Below the pieces are notes generated by a model that was given only the letters and a program-made list of their open reading frames with translations, searched no databases and was not told where the DNA came from. The translations under genes and the position numbers were made by a program. A DNA stretch of 63,077 nt, the filler included, from Reclinomonas americana ATCC 50394 (taxonomy: Eukaryota): assembly GCA_048213135.1 (NCBI GenBank). It is 20 parts of 20 records of this genome, joined end to end, with 100 filler letters (N's around TTAATTAATTAA, not from the genome) between each part and the next. Parts side by side here need not be neighbours in the genome. Positions count along the whole stretch, not along the records: positions 37,385 to 41,164 come from AFZH01019121.1; positions 41,265 to 45,990 come from AFZH01019124.1; positions 46,091 to 52,094 come from AFZH01019125.1; 17 more parts are not named here. The stretch is one strand, 5' to 3'. Below, one piece after another: positions 38,183 through 50,461 of this stretch (the stretch's first letter is position 1; every line of letters starts with the position of its first letter).

Positions 38183-38340
38183 GAGATGTGGTGGTGGTGG
38201 AGGAGGAGAGAGAAATGTCGGCCCGGGAAAAATACTTGATTGTTGCTACCTCATGTACATCGCGCTTCACTTGTTTTATGTGTGGGAGAGATGCCAAAGT
38301 GGTGGTGGTGGTGGTGGTGGAGGGGGGATTTGGGGCAGTT

Positions 38341-40292
38341 TCACTCCCTCTTGTTGGCCTCCGCCATTGCCCTCTCAATGTTCTCCTGCAGCCATTGCAC
38401 AACGTCGTTTTCGTGTTTCTGGGTAGGGGAGAAGTGAGAGGAAGATGGCAGGACAAATAGATTGCTGCGGTAATTACCTCGGCCGTCTCGTCGAGCTCAA
38501 ACACCAAATCGTGGAAGGCGCCCTCGTACTCAATCATGGTGCGGTTCTCCTCGTCGACTTGGGCGGCGACCATCAGCTTGCTGCGGTGAAAGGGAGTGAG
38601 TGCTGGCGAGGGGGGGACAAGGGGAGGGTGTGACGAACCGGCCGCCCTCGGGATCCGTGTACCGATCGGCGGAGCCGTGGCAGATCAGGAATGGCACGTT
38701 GAAGGTGGTGTAGTGGTTGGCGGCGTCGAAGGCCATCTGGGGGTGGGAGACAGGGAAGGGGAGGGTGGGTGGAAAGCGGAGACAAAGGAGACAGCGAGTG
38801 AGCGGCACAGCGATAGCAGGGAGCGGCACAGCGACAACAAAGGGGCAACAGAGAGACAGCAAAGGAGCGGCACAGCGACAGCAAGGAGCGACACAGCGAC
38901 AGCAAGGAGCGGCAAAGTGACAGCAGAGAGCGGCACAGCGACAGCACCGAGCGGCACAGAGACGACAAGGAGCGACACAGCGACAGCAAGGAGCGGCACA
39001 GCGACAGCAACGGAGCTGCACAGCGACAGCAACGGAGCTGCACAGCGACAGCAAAGGAGCGGCACAGCTACAGCAAAGGAGCGGCACAGCGACAGCAAAG
39101 GAGCGACACAGCGACAGCAAGGGAGCGACGCAGCGACAGCAAAGGAGCGGCACAGCGAAAGCAAGGAGCGACACAGCGACAGCAAGGAGCGGCAAAGTGA
39201 CAGCAGAGAGCGGCAAAGTGACAGCATAGAGCGGCAAAGTGACAGCAGGGAGCGGAGCAGCGACAGCAAGGAGCGGAGCAGCGACGACAAGGAGCGGAGC
39301 AGCGACAGCAAAGGAGCGGCACAGCGAGAGCAAAGGAGCGGCACAGCGACAGGAAGGAGCGGTACAGCGACAGCAAGGAGCAACAAAGCGACAGCACTAA
39401 ACGGCACAGCGACAGCAAGGGGCGACACAGCGACAGGAAGGAGAGACAAGATGACCACGCACATCCACCAAGGTCAGGCCCGTGCGGAGAGTGACGGGTC
39501 CATTGAGCTTGAACGGCTCGACCATGAGGCGCTCCACTGTCGTCAGCAAAGTGAGCAATTACACAAGGTTGCGACTCTCTCTTCTCCAGCACGCACACTT
39601 CGCGGGGTCTCTCGTCAGCGCATCGTAGCGCTGATCAGCGGCCTTGGCAGTCGGAGTAATATATCTCATGCTGCGCAACATGCCACGCTGGCACTTGTTC
39701 GGCAGGTCGGGGATCTCGAGGGCCGGGCACATCCTGGCGATCGACACAAGTGAGTCACGCGGAGAGGAGAAAGATGGAGGATGATGGTGACGCACATCAT
39801 GCAACCCGCAAGCACCTCCGGGCCGAGCGTGTGCGCCACGTAAAAGGATGTGGCGCCACCCATGGACTCGCTGTGCAACATCGATCAGCAAAACAGACAC
39901 ACTGATGAGGTAATGGCTGTCACGCACCCCCACACAAAAACGGGCAGGCGCTTCTCCGCGTTGTGGGCGGCCAGCATGGCGCGGATGAAGGAGCACTGCG
40001 CATCGATGAGGTGTGCGCGCGAGGGCACGTCCAGGCGACGTCCCGCGGACAAGCCGTGGCCTGGGTGGTGGAGTGAGGAAAGGAGTGGAGGATAGGAGAG
40101 GGGGAAGTGGCTTACCGTACTGGTCCATGCCAAACACATCGACGTTGCAGCGGTGCGACAGCGCCTGATGTGCGCAGAGGGGTGAGGAAAACAGAAGCGA
40201 CGAGCAAGGGATGGGACGAGAAACAAACCGAAATGAATCCACCGACGTGGTAGGTGCTGACGGCCATGCCGTGGAAGGCGAACAAAATGGCC
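38341..40292 (-). CDS. Monoacylglycerol lipase/lysophospholipase-type alpha/beta hydrolase; 5' end not resolved
   Basis: Exons: AILFAFHG, VFGMDQY-GHGLSAG, PVFVWG-ESMGG (nucleophile Ser), PFLICHGSADRYTDP (Asp), YEGAFHDL (His), DVVQWLQE...*. Confidence 0.9.
38795..39440. repeat. Minisatellite, 21-22 bp unit (gagcggcacagcgacagcaag), about 30 copies, intronic
   Basis: Tandem array; explains the repetitive ORFs in several frames. Confidence 0.95.
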
Positions 40293-41769
40293 CTGTGCAG
40301 GAATGAAAAGGTAAGACAGACGGCAATGAAAGGGCGCCGATTGCATCAGTCTCGCTCAGACAACTGTCTCTGCTTGTAGGCATCTCTCAAGCCGAGTCAC
40401 GAGAGGCCAATGATTAATGATAGAAGGAGAGAGAGCGAGAGGGACATAAACAGACAAAGATTCAAAGAGCAGCAAGCGAGGAATGATGGATTGGAAGAGC
40501 GAGAGAGCAAGTGCAAGAGTGAGCGAGTCGAGGTGACTGAAAGAGAGAAAGAGAGAGAGAAAGAAAGAAAGAAAGAAAGAGAGAACGTGAGACCAATGGC
40601 AGCCCGAGATCAGGAACCGTCAGAAGACGGATGACAAAGAGAGAGAGAGAGAGAGCGAGACTCAAAGAGAGAGACACCGACAAGCGGTGGTGACATCGCA
40701 GGGGAGAATGGAGACTTATCATGATTTGTCTGTCTCTCTGTCTCTCTCTCTCTCTCTCTCTCATGAATTCTCCACAGCACAATCTTTTTGTCGCGTTGAG
40801 CGCCTGCAGTCTCTCCGTACTCAACGACATTGCTCAAATCTCTGAAAGCGAGTGGCTGCTCTCCTTTCCGTGCCTGCAAGACGTATCACATGCTCCTGCT
40901 TGTGTCTCAAAGCTTCCGGCAACTGCTCTCTCTCTCTCCCTCCCTCCCTTTCCCTTCTCCTCTCTCCTTCCTCTCCTCTTCCCTTCCTCACTGCCCTCTT
41001 TCCCCTCCCTCTCTCCCTTCCCCGCCACCCTGTTTCCCCTCCTCCTTTCCCTCCCTCCATCACTCTCTCTCTCTCTCTCTCACTTGAACACCAACTGCAT
41101 GTGTCACTCCCCTTCTCCTAACCCCTCCCTCCCTCCCTCCCTTGCCCCTTCCTCCCTCCCTCGTNNNNNNNNNNNNNNNNNNNNNNNNNNNNNNNNNNNN
41201 NNNNNNNNTTAATTAATTAANNNNNNNNNNNNNNNNNNNNNNNNNNNNNNNNNNNNNNNNNNNNGAGAGAGAGAGAGAAGGAGATGAAGGGAAGAGGGAA
41301 GTGTGTGAGTAAGCGAGTGAGCGAGTGAGCGAGTGATGCGAGGGAAGAGCGAATGCAGATGCGATTGAGTGGAGACTCTCTGCTCTTCTTCTTCTTCATC
41401 CTCTTCTTCTTTCTCTTCCTCTTCTTCTTTCTCTTCCTCTTCTTCTTCTTCCTCTTCTTCTTGTCCTCCTCCTCCTTCTCGTCCTCCTCCTTCTCCTTCC
41501 CTTTCTTCTTCTTCTTCTTCTTCGTTCATACTCTGGCTTCTTTCTCTGAGTGAGACTGCATCTATCTCTCCCTCCTCTGTATCTCAGCTACGCCTGTTTC
41601 TCTGAGTCTTGTCTCCGTTGTTAATTCTCTCAGTGCTGATGACTTTCTCTCTCTCTCTCTTTCTCTGCCTCCTTCCTCCTCTCCACACTGTCCCCCTGCT
41701 TGTCTTCTCTCCATGCGCCTCCATTCCTCTGGTTCTTTCTGCAATCTCCTCTTCAGTTTCCATCGTCAG

Positions 41770-42072
41770 TGTCTTGCTGAAACACTCTATTATCCTCCTC
41801 CCTCCCTGCACTCATTCAATGACAAGGAGTTCCGTGAAAGAAGAAGTGTACTGCACGAGTTCATGATCTGTTTCTCTCGTTTTCTGCCTCTTCCACTCCT
41901 TCTCCTCTCGTCTCACCCTCTCCCTCTTCTCTCTCCCTCCGCAGCGATCCCGACGAACGCACCTTCCACTGCGTGCGGGTCACCAACGAGCTGAAGCGGG
42001 ATCAGGATGGCGACGAGGCGCATGCGTTCTTCTTGGCGCGATCCGACGGCACTCTGCAGCGATTGGGATGAT
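41770..42072 (+). CDS. Possible last two exons of an unknown protein
   Basis: AG|CLAETLYYPPPSLHSFNDKEFRERRSVLH|GT..AG|DPDERTFHCVRVTNELKRDQDGDEAHAFFLARSDGTLQRLG* joins in frame. Confidence 0.4.
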
Positions 42073-42489
42073 TCCGACACTGCGACAGGGTGGTGGATCT
42101 CCTCGTATCAGCGACAGTCGAGTGGTCGTTGGTCTGCGTACTCTCCATGGCTTTGGGATATCGCGACAGGGAGAGAAAGAAAAGAGTGGATGAAGAGGTC
42201 TCTCGTGGAATGAGGGCTGGCCTTGGCAGTGAAGCGTCGACTGAACTTCGTTTACGGAATGTGAGGAGGGATGGAGGAAAGCGATGACACAGCTGGTATA
42301 CGGCCAGTGGATGTCACTCGTGGCATGCTGCATTGGGTGTGCATTTGCGACGACCAAACGAGTATTTGTTGACGTGAACAGGTGCGCGTCGCTGCACGAA
42401 GACGAGCGGTGATAGGTGACTTGAGAGAGAAGTTGAGTGGCTTCACAATGGAGAAACAGTGATTTAGAGATGGAGTCTTCTAGCGCCTT

Positions 42490-45400
42490 TCACTTTTCCA
42501 ACCTCCTCACCAACCTCTCCAACACCTCCCTCTGCTCCCTCAACCTCCCCTCCAACTCCTCCACCCGCCTCTCCAGCTCCTCCCTGCGCCTCCTCTCCTC
42601 CCCCAGCTGCTTCTCCACCGCCTCCAACTCCGTCGTGTGCTCATTAACAGCATCAATCAGCACCGCCGTCACCGCCGTCATCCGAATCACCCGGAACGGC
42701 CGCTTCCGCCCATCCACCGTGTACTGCACCATGCCATTCACGCCGCCGTCGTGCAACTCCGGAAACGCCTCCTCCAGCTGCTGCGCCACCAGCCCGTACT
42801 CGCGCGTGCCGGGCTTGATGCCGAGTTCCGCCGCATTGTCGGCCCACGTGTACTTGTACGAGTGTACCGAGCGCAGCCGGTCGGTCACGCGAAAAGCAGA
42901 AGAATCGGAGAGCCTCTCCAGGTCCTTCTTAAAGCGCCCGTCCGACGTTTGCGGTGTGTCGTAGAACATGAGAGTGCCGGCAGAGTTCACAAAGTGCAAC
43001 TGGGTGCGAAGAACAGTTGATGAGCGCAAGGTTGACCAAGAAGGAGAAGAACACAAATAATAAGAAGAACAAGAGGGAAGAGAAGAGGAGACAACAATAG
43101 GAGAACAAAAAGAAGAAAGAACAACAAGAAGAAGGAGAAGAAAGAAGAACAAGAACAAGCACAAACACAAAGAAGAAGAAGGAGAAGAAGAAGGAGAGGA
43201 AGAAGAAGAACAACAACAACAACAATAACAACAACATAAAAACAACGACGACAAAACAACAACAGCAACAACAACAACGACGACGACGACACCAACGAAG
43301 AAGAAGAAGAACAAGCACAAGAAGAACAAAAACAAGAAGGAGAAGAGGGCAGTTGAGGAGCACAAGGTGAAGCGTAAAGAGACAGGGAGTAAGCTAAGAA
43401 GAAGAGAAAGGAGGAGAAGAGGGAGGAGGACAGAACGAGGAGGACGAGAAGTAACAGAAGAACAGGGCACTTGACGAGCACAAGGTGAAAAGAGAGAGAG
43501 AGAGAGAAATAAGAAGATGGAGAACAAGAACGTTGACGTGAGTCAACCTCACTAGGACCTCAAAGGATGGAAATACAAGTGTAGTGAAGCAGAGAGCGCA
43601 CATAGAACGAGTGATCGCTCTAGTGCAGTGATAGGAGAGTGCGTACTATCATGCTCTCTCATCTTCTTCTTCTCCGTCGTCGTCGTCTCCTCCCCTTCTT
43701 TCCTTCTTCTTCTTCTTCTTTTCTTCTTCTGCTTCTTCTTCTTCTGCTTCTTCTTCTCCCTTCTCCCTTCCCCCCTTCCCCCTTCCCCCTTCCCCCTTCC
43801 CCTTATCTCCCCCTTCCCCCCTCCTCACCTTCTCCACCCCCATATGCTGCTGAAAAAACATCGCCGTCCACCCCGCCCCCGGCGCCGGCACCGCCGTCGG
43901 CGCATCACTATTATACTGCAACACCACCGCCCCATTCGCATCCATCGCCGGCGGACTCACCCACACCGCCCCCGCCGTCACCGACAAATCGGCCGCCACC
44001 GTCGTCACTCCGCTCACCGACAGCGTCTTCGGTGTCACAATCGACACATTGTCGTTGAAGACCGCCACACCGCCAACACTGATCCCCGACACGGTCGTGC
44101 TGCCGGTGACCGTCAAGTCGTTGTTGACGGTCGCCGCGCCCTGCAGCGTCGTGGCGCCCGTGACACTCAGCGTGTCGCCGACGGCCGTGGTGGACAAGTT
44201 CGCCGCGCCAGCGGCCGTCAGTGCACCGTTCACGGTCACGGCGCCGAGGTCGGTGGCGCCCGTGACGGCCAGCAAGGTGCTGACCGTGGCCGTGGAGAGC
44301 GTGGCTGTGGTGGCGACAGAGAGCGAGGCGCCGAGTGTGACGGCACCACTCGCATCAAGCGTGTTGGTGAAGTGCACGGCGCCTGCGGTGGAGAGGGTGG
44401 AGCCGAGCGTCACGGCGCCGGCCGGCACCGACAGCGTGCCCGTCGTCACTTGCACGTTGCCGGCGACCGTCATCGTGCCACCGACGGTGATGTTGCCCGT
44501 GTCCAGCGCCAGATCCGCGCTCACAATGTTGACGGCGCGCGTGGTCATCGTGCCGCCGACGGTGAGCGCACCCGCCACACTGCCGTCGCCCGACACGGAC
44601 AGCGTGGAGTCTAGTGTGGCGGCCCCGGTGGCCTCCAGCGTACCCGTCACTGTAGTGTTGCCGGCGAGGTCGGAGGGCCCGTTGACCACCAAATGTCCAC
44701 CGCCGGCAGATAAACCCACCGTCAGCTTGAATCCGTCGCCGACCGCAAAGTCACCCATCACCGTCAGCGGTTGCGCAATGCTGAGAGTGCCACCAAAGGT
44801 GGCGGGGCCGCTGACCGTGAATGCACCAGTCACCGACAGGCCTCCCGACACGGTGGCACCACCCGACAGCGTCGCGGCGCCACTCACGGACAGCGTGTGC
44901 GAGCCGGTGATGTCGCCAGCAAACGTGGCGGCACCTTGCACCGTCAGCGATCCGCCGAGCAGCGTGGCGCCGCCGCCATTGACCGAGAATACCGTGGTCG
45001 TCGCCGGTGCCGCGGTGGTGAGTTCCACGGGCGACAGGAGCTGGAGTGGGGGAGAAGGCGGGTGAGGAAGAGGGACTTTTTGACATCTCTTGACGCAACA
45101 AAGACAACACGCTCTTCTGCGCTTTCCGTGATGCACTTCTCAGTCTTGTGGCCATTCTCTCTTTGTCTCTCTTCCCTGCACCACGTGACGCAATAAAGAC
45201 AACACGCTGCTCTGCGCTTTCCGTTGTGCATTTCTCCGTCTTATTTTCTCTGTCTCTGAATCCGTCTCTGTCACTGTCTTTCTCACACACTCTCTGTTTT
45301 CCTTCTCTCCCGACAAGTATCGTCGGATGCAGATGTGTGAATCTTTCAAGGTTTCTGTCTTCTCTTTGTCATTTTTCCGATTGTACTCGTCTCTCCCACG

Positions 45401-48400
45401 CTCTTTTTCTGTTACTCTCTTTCTCTCTTTCTATCTCTCCGTCTCTCTCCTTCTCTCTCCTTCTCTCTCCTTCTCTCTCCTTCTCTCTATTTCGACCTAT
45501 TTTCTCTCACCTGTTCTGCATGACAAAAGAAAGACAACACACTCTGCTTCCCTGTTTCCGCCCAATCTCTCTCTCTCTTTCTGTGTCCCTTCCTCTGCCG
45601 CCGTCTCATTCTCTCTCTCATTCTCTGTCCCTTGCCAACATTCCATCTTTCCTTCAGACAAGCATCGTCGGATGCAGAATATGTGAATCTTTCAAGGTTT
45701 CTGTCTCCTCTTTGTGAGCTTTTTTCCGATTGTATCCTTCTCTCCCACGCTCTTTCTCTCTTTCTCTCTTTTTATCTTTCCTTATCTCCTTCCCTCTATT
45801 TTCTCCCTCCTCTGGACTGCATGACATGAGCAAGACAACACACTCTGCTACCCTGCTTTCGCCCACTTTCTCTCTCACTCTTTCTCTGTCCCTTTCTCTG
45901 CCTCTGTCTCATTCTCTCTCTCATTCTCTGTCCCTATCCAACATTCCATCTTTCCTTCGCTCCCGACAAGTATTGTCGGATGCAGTATACNNNNNNNNNN
46001 NNNNNNNNNNNNNNNNNNNNNNNNNNNNNNNNNNTTAATTAATTAANNNNNNNNNNNNNNNNNNNNNNNNNNNNNNNNNNNNNNNNNNNNTTTCTCTCTC
46101 TCATTCTCTGTCCCTATCCAGCATTCCATCTTTCCTTCATCCCCGACAAGCATCGTCGGATGCAGATTGAGACGTCTTGAGTGTCCCTTCCAGTTTTTCT
46201 CACTCTACTCTCTGGCCGTCTGTTTGTTTACCCTTCCTATCCCCCTATAATGCACGACGTAAGAAAGACAACACTCTCTCTTCTGTGTTCTCAGTAAAAC
46301 ACTTCTCTCTCGCGTATTCTTATTGTCTATGCCTTTCTCTTTCTTTGCTTGCTGAGTGTCTGTTGCTATCTGCCTCTCTCCATCTCTCTCTCTCTTTTCT
46401 CTCTCACGCACTCCCTGTTTATCTCTCTGTCTGTCTGCCCGTTGTCTGTCTCTCTCTGCACACTGAACGACGAAAGAAAAGCAACACACTCTTCTGTGCT
46501 CGCTTATCTCTATTCTCTTCTTCAGCCTACCTGCCCGTCCACCTCACTCACTCACGCACTCACTCACTTTCTTTCTCCCACTACACGACATTAGAAAGAC
46601 AACACATTAATATTCTGCACTCATGTCGTGCATTACTCTTCTCTCTTTCTCTCCTCTCTCTCTCTCTCTGCCCTTCAGATCTCTTTCCTGCACTACATGA
46701 TTGTATGAAAGAAACACCCTTGCATCTGTGCTCTCTCTTACTCCCTCCCTCCCTCCCTCCCTCCCTCCCTTCCTTCCTTCCTTCCTCTCTTTCTCTATCT
46801 TCCCCTTTCCCCTCCCCTTCCCCTCCCCTTGCCCTCCATGCCCCCTTTCCCCCATCACCCACTTTTATGCCCGACCCGCCAGCCACCAACTCCAGCGGAA
46901 AATCACTCGTCGCCAGTTGCAGGCGACTGAGAGCTCCACTGAGATCCAGCACAGCAGTATGCGAAGCCACACTCAGCGTGACTCGCGCCGCAGACGCTGT
47001 ACAAAGAGAGAGTGAGTTGATATCCATCCCCTTTGTGTCGCCGAAAAGGACGCAACAGGCGACGCTCGTGGACGCCGACAACTGCGCATCACCCGTGGAC
47101 GTGGACGCCGACACTTCCCCTCCAAACGCCACCGGCTTCTCAAACGTAATGGCGCCACTCGATGGAAACGAGAAAATCGCCTCGCCTTGCTGATTGACAA
47201 TCGACAGCGCCTCGTCCGTCGCCCGCAACGTGTAAAACAGCGACATGTCGGCGCGCGTGCCAATCTGCAACTCGCCGGCCACCGACTCGGTTGGTGCGCC
47301 CGCCGGTCTGACTTGGAAGGCGCGACCGAACGCTTGAATGACGCCCGACTGTCGTGCCGATGTCGCACTGCCGGCTGACAGCAGCACACTGCCGCCTCCA
47401 CCCTCGCCTGTCGAATCGCGTCAGATAAAGAAGAGCAATGAAAGGCAAATAATCTCCTCAACTCTGCGATCCACTGCCAGCCGTGACGCGCACATCACCA
47501 CCACGCGTTCCCGAACCAGCCGCCAACACCACATGACCGCCCGTGTCCAGCGTCTGCGCAAGAGTTCAGTCGCCTCAACTCGGCACGCCATCATTCGCAT
47601 TGCCGACGCAACACTACTCTGGCCAGCCACCATCGTCTGTCCACCAGCAGTCGTCGTCGGCACGCGCGCCCACGTAACGTCGGCGGTGGAGCTGTCGCCC
47701 AGCTGCACCTGCGTCGGAGCGATGCGCAGCACCGAGCGACTGGCAGCCTCGTCTTGCTGCAGAGGTCTGTAAAGATGATTCAGTTTCCCTGCACCTTGAC
47801 GCGCCGTGTGACACAACAACTGACCGACGGCCGCGTGGAATCCCATCTATTCTTTGCAGCGTAAACTCCAGCAGCTGCTCGTCGTTGCGCGCCAGCACCA
47901 GCCGCTGCGTGTTGCCGTCACTGAATAATGAATATCCGCGACTGCTATTACTGGTGCTGGAAGATAATCTCAATCGTGCCGTTTGCGAGGACGACACCAG
48001 CAGCTCCGCATCCGTGGCATTCGAGCGGACACTCACACTCGGCGCACTCACCGACGCTGTCGCCACAATCGTGGAACTTGACAGCTCTGCGCCGCAAGTC
48101 AGAATCGCCTCTCTCTCCACCACACTCTTTCCCCCCATCCTACGCAACGATTAAACGTGGTCGACGCAAAGTTGAATCTCGACGAAAACACCGCCGGCGA
48201 CAGCTTAAACACCATGCCCACCAGCACATAAAACAGCAGCACATGCGCCACCACCAGCACCACCAGCAGCGTGCGACACCAAAACGACCGTCGCCCGCTG
48301 CTCTCCTTGTGCTGCACCCACGGAATCGGCACCTCAATCATCTCCACCTCTTCCGGTGCCCGCGCAGTTGACATGGTCACCACCGCCTCCCGCGGCTTCG

Positions 48401-49880
48401 CCTCCTCCTCCTCCTCTTCCACCTCCTTCTCCGCCGTCGCCTCGCTCTCGCCCTCACTGCTCGCATCACTGCTGTGCGTCCACTGCAACGGATGCGGCGC
48501 CACTCGCTCCGCCTCCAACTGCGCCTCCAGTCGCTCGCGCGGTGACAAGGCCGTGTACGGACTGTCTCCACTTGTGTTATCATCGTCGTTGCGATCGCGA
48601 TCCGAACGCGAAGGCGGCGTCAGCAGCAGCGGTCGCAGCATCGCCACTGCAGTGGGCGACACCGCGGCGGGAGGAGGAGGAGGTGCGCGACTGGCCATGC
48701 GTCGCTCCAGCACGCGACGGGTGACTGCCGTCACGTGCTCGTCGCTGGCCGACTGGGTGTTGGAGGGGAAGATGAAGGATGACTGCGGGGAGCACAGAGT
48801 GAGTGAGAGGGAGCAAGGAGGGAAAGGAAGACGGAGGCTGGGGGGAGAGACAGAGACAAAACAGAGGCAGAGTACTGTGGACGAGAGAGAGGGACAGTCT
48901 CTCTGTCTCTGCATCTGTCGATCTTGTGTGATCTCTCGGTCTGTCTCTCCCTCATGTTTCTCTCTCACTCATTTTCTGTCTCTGTTCCTCTGTCTCTGTC
49001 TCTGCTCCTTTGTCTTTGTCGGTGCCTCTGCCTTTGTCTCTGCCTCCATCTCTGCTTCTGTCTCTGCCTCTGCCTTAGTCTCTGTCACTTGTCTCTCTTT
49101 GTCACTGGGTATGTGCATCTGCCTCTCTTTCTCAGTCTCAGTCTCTACCTCTGTCTTTCTCTGCCTTCGTCTCTGTTTCTTCGTCTCACTCTCACTCTGT
49201 TTCTGCACCTGCCTCTGGCTCTATCTCTCTCTGTCTCTGCTCTCTCTCTCTCTCTCTCCTTATCTGAGTTTCTGCTCTCATTCCTTACTTCCGTCTCTGT
49301 CTCTGCTTATGTTTATGTCTCTTCCTATCTGCCTCTCTCTCTCTCTCCTCTCTCAGTCTCAGTCTCTCTCGTCTCTCTCAGCCTCTCTCGTCTTTCTCAG
49401 TCTCTCTCTCAGTCTCTCTCTCAGTCTCTCTCTCTCTCTCTCAGTCTCTCTCGCAGTCTCCTTCACAGTCTCTCTCCTCTCTCAGTCTCTCTCAGTCTCT
49501 CTCTCCTCTCTCAGTCTCTCAGTCTCTCAGTCTCTCTGTCTCTCTGTCTCTCTCTGTCTCTCTCAGTCTCTCTCTCTCTCTCTCACTCTCTCTTTCTTCT
49601 CTCTCTTCTCTCTCTTCTCTCTCTACCTCTCTCTCCCACTACCCCTGCCTCTTATGTAACTCACTGTAATGTCTGTGGGCCGCTGTCGCAGGGCGGGAAG
49701 CGGAGGAGGCGGCGAAGGGATGTTCGGAAGAACCGCACCATGCGGTAATCGAACAGCTTCGCGATGCCGATCACTCAGAGTCGAGCGAAGAGCTGTGAGA
49801 GAGGGAGTGAGGAGAAAAGAGGGAGCCAGAGTGGGGGGAGGAGGAGGCGAACCTGGAAGGGTCTTTGGCGGTGCCTCCAT
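42490..49880 (-). CDS. Type II membrane protein with tail-fibre-like beta-repeat region and C-terminal Peptidase_S74 intramolecular chaperone plus coiled coil (about 1,180 aa)
   Basis: GT-AG exons 49853-49880, 49665-49792, 48149-48752 (TM 48207-48272), 47825-48086, 47613-47766, 47463-47553, 46863-47407, 43829-45040 (T/G/A/V/S repeats) and 42490-42999 (T-SDGRFKKD...YTW...GLVAQQLEEAFPEL...LIDAVNE) sum to 3534 nt in one frame. Confidence 0.85.
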
Positions 49881-50140
49881 TGCAATTGAATGGAGAGTGG
49901 GGTTGGTGGGACAGGACGCAAGCGTGTCAAAGCTCTGGCCTTGTGGCAGTGACAGTCTTTAAGTGTGTAGTGCTCTTGTGCGAAGACGCTGAGACTACCG
50001 TCGTCGCCTGCGAATTATGTCCGATCTTATGCCGAAGTCATCAATATCGAAGAAATCAAAACTTCTCTCTTGATACCTCTCTCCCGTACATACGCGCATT
50101 TAGTCCAGTTGCATGCTTGTCTCTTATAGCCCTGTGACAG

Positions 50141-50295
50141 GACAAACAAACAATTCGGCATTCAGCACATTCCGACAATCGCTGCCGAAATCCCTCGCCG
50201 ACAATGACCTTAGCACACCAACAGTATGCAGACAATTACTTCAACAGTCAACTTCCCTCCCGGTGAACAAAGCCAATCAAGCACGTGTTGGCCTC
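50141..50295 (+). repeat. Second long copy of the dispersed element, upstream of the S74 gene
   Basis: aaatccct.g.cgaca.tgacctt.gcacaccaaca...cttccct...aaagccaatcaa...gtgttggcctc aligns with 32010-32176. Confidence 0.8.
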
Positions 50296-50461
50296 ATTTC
50301 AAGGACACCATGGCGCATAAAATGCTAATTCCTCACCACATCCCTCCCACGCAAACCCTCACCTGCATCACCACCTTCAATTTCTTTTTCACTTCCGCCA
50401 AGTTCAACACATATACACTGGTACGCGAGCAGCAGCACGGCCCTCCCAGAGACGCGGCTGG

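Noticed and set aside
38596..39753. 385-aa repetitive ORF on the plus strand
   Set aside because: Minisatellite inside an intron of the minus-strand lipase.
44049..45065. Plus-strand Pro/Val/Thr-rich ORFs
   Set aside because: Antisense shadow of the fibre exon.
42490..45136. Prophage, endogenous virus or bacterial contaminant
   Set aside because: The gene has canonical introns with host-type microsatellites, and no capsid, integrase or polymerase genes are nearby.
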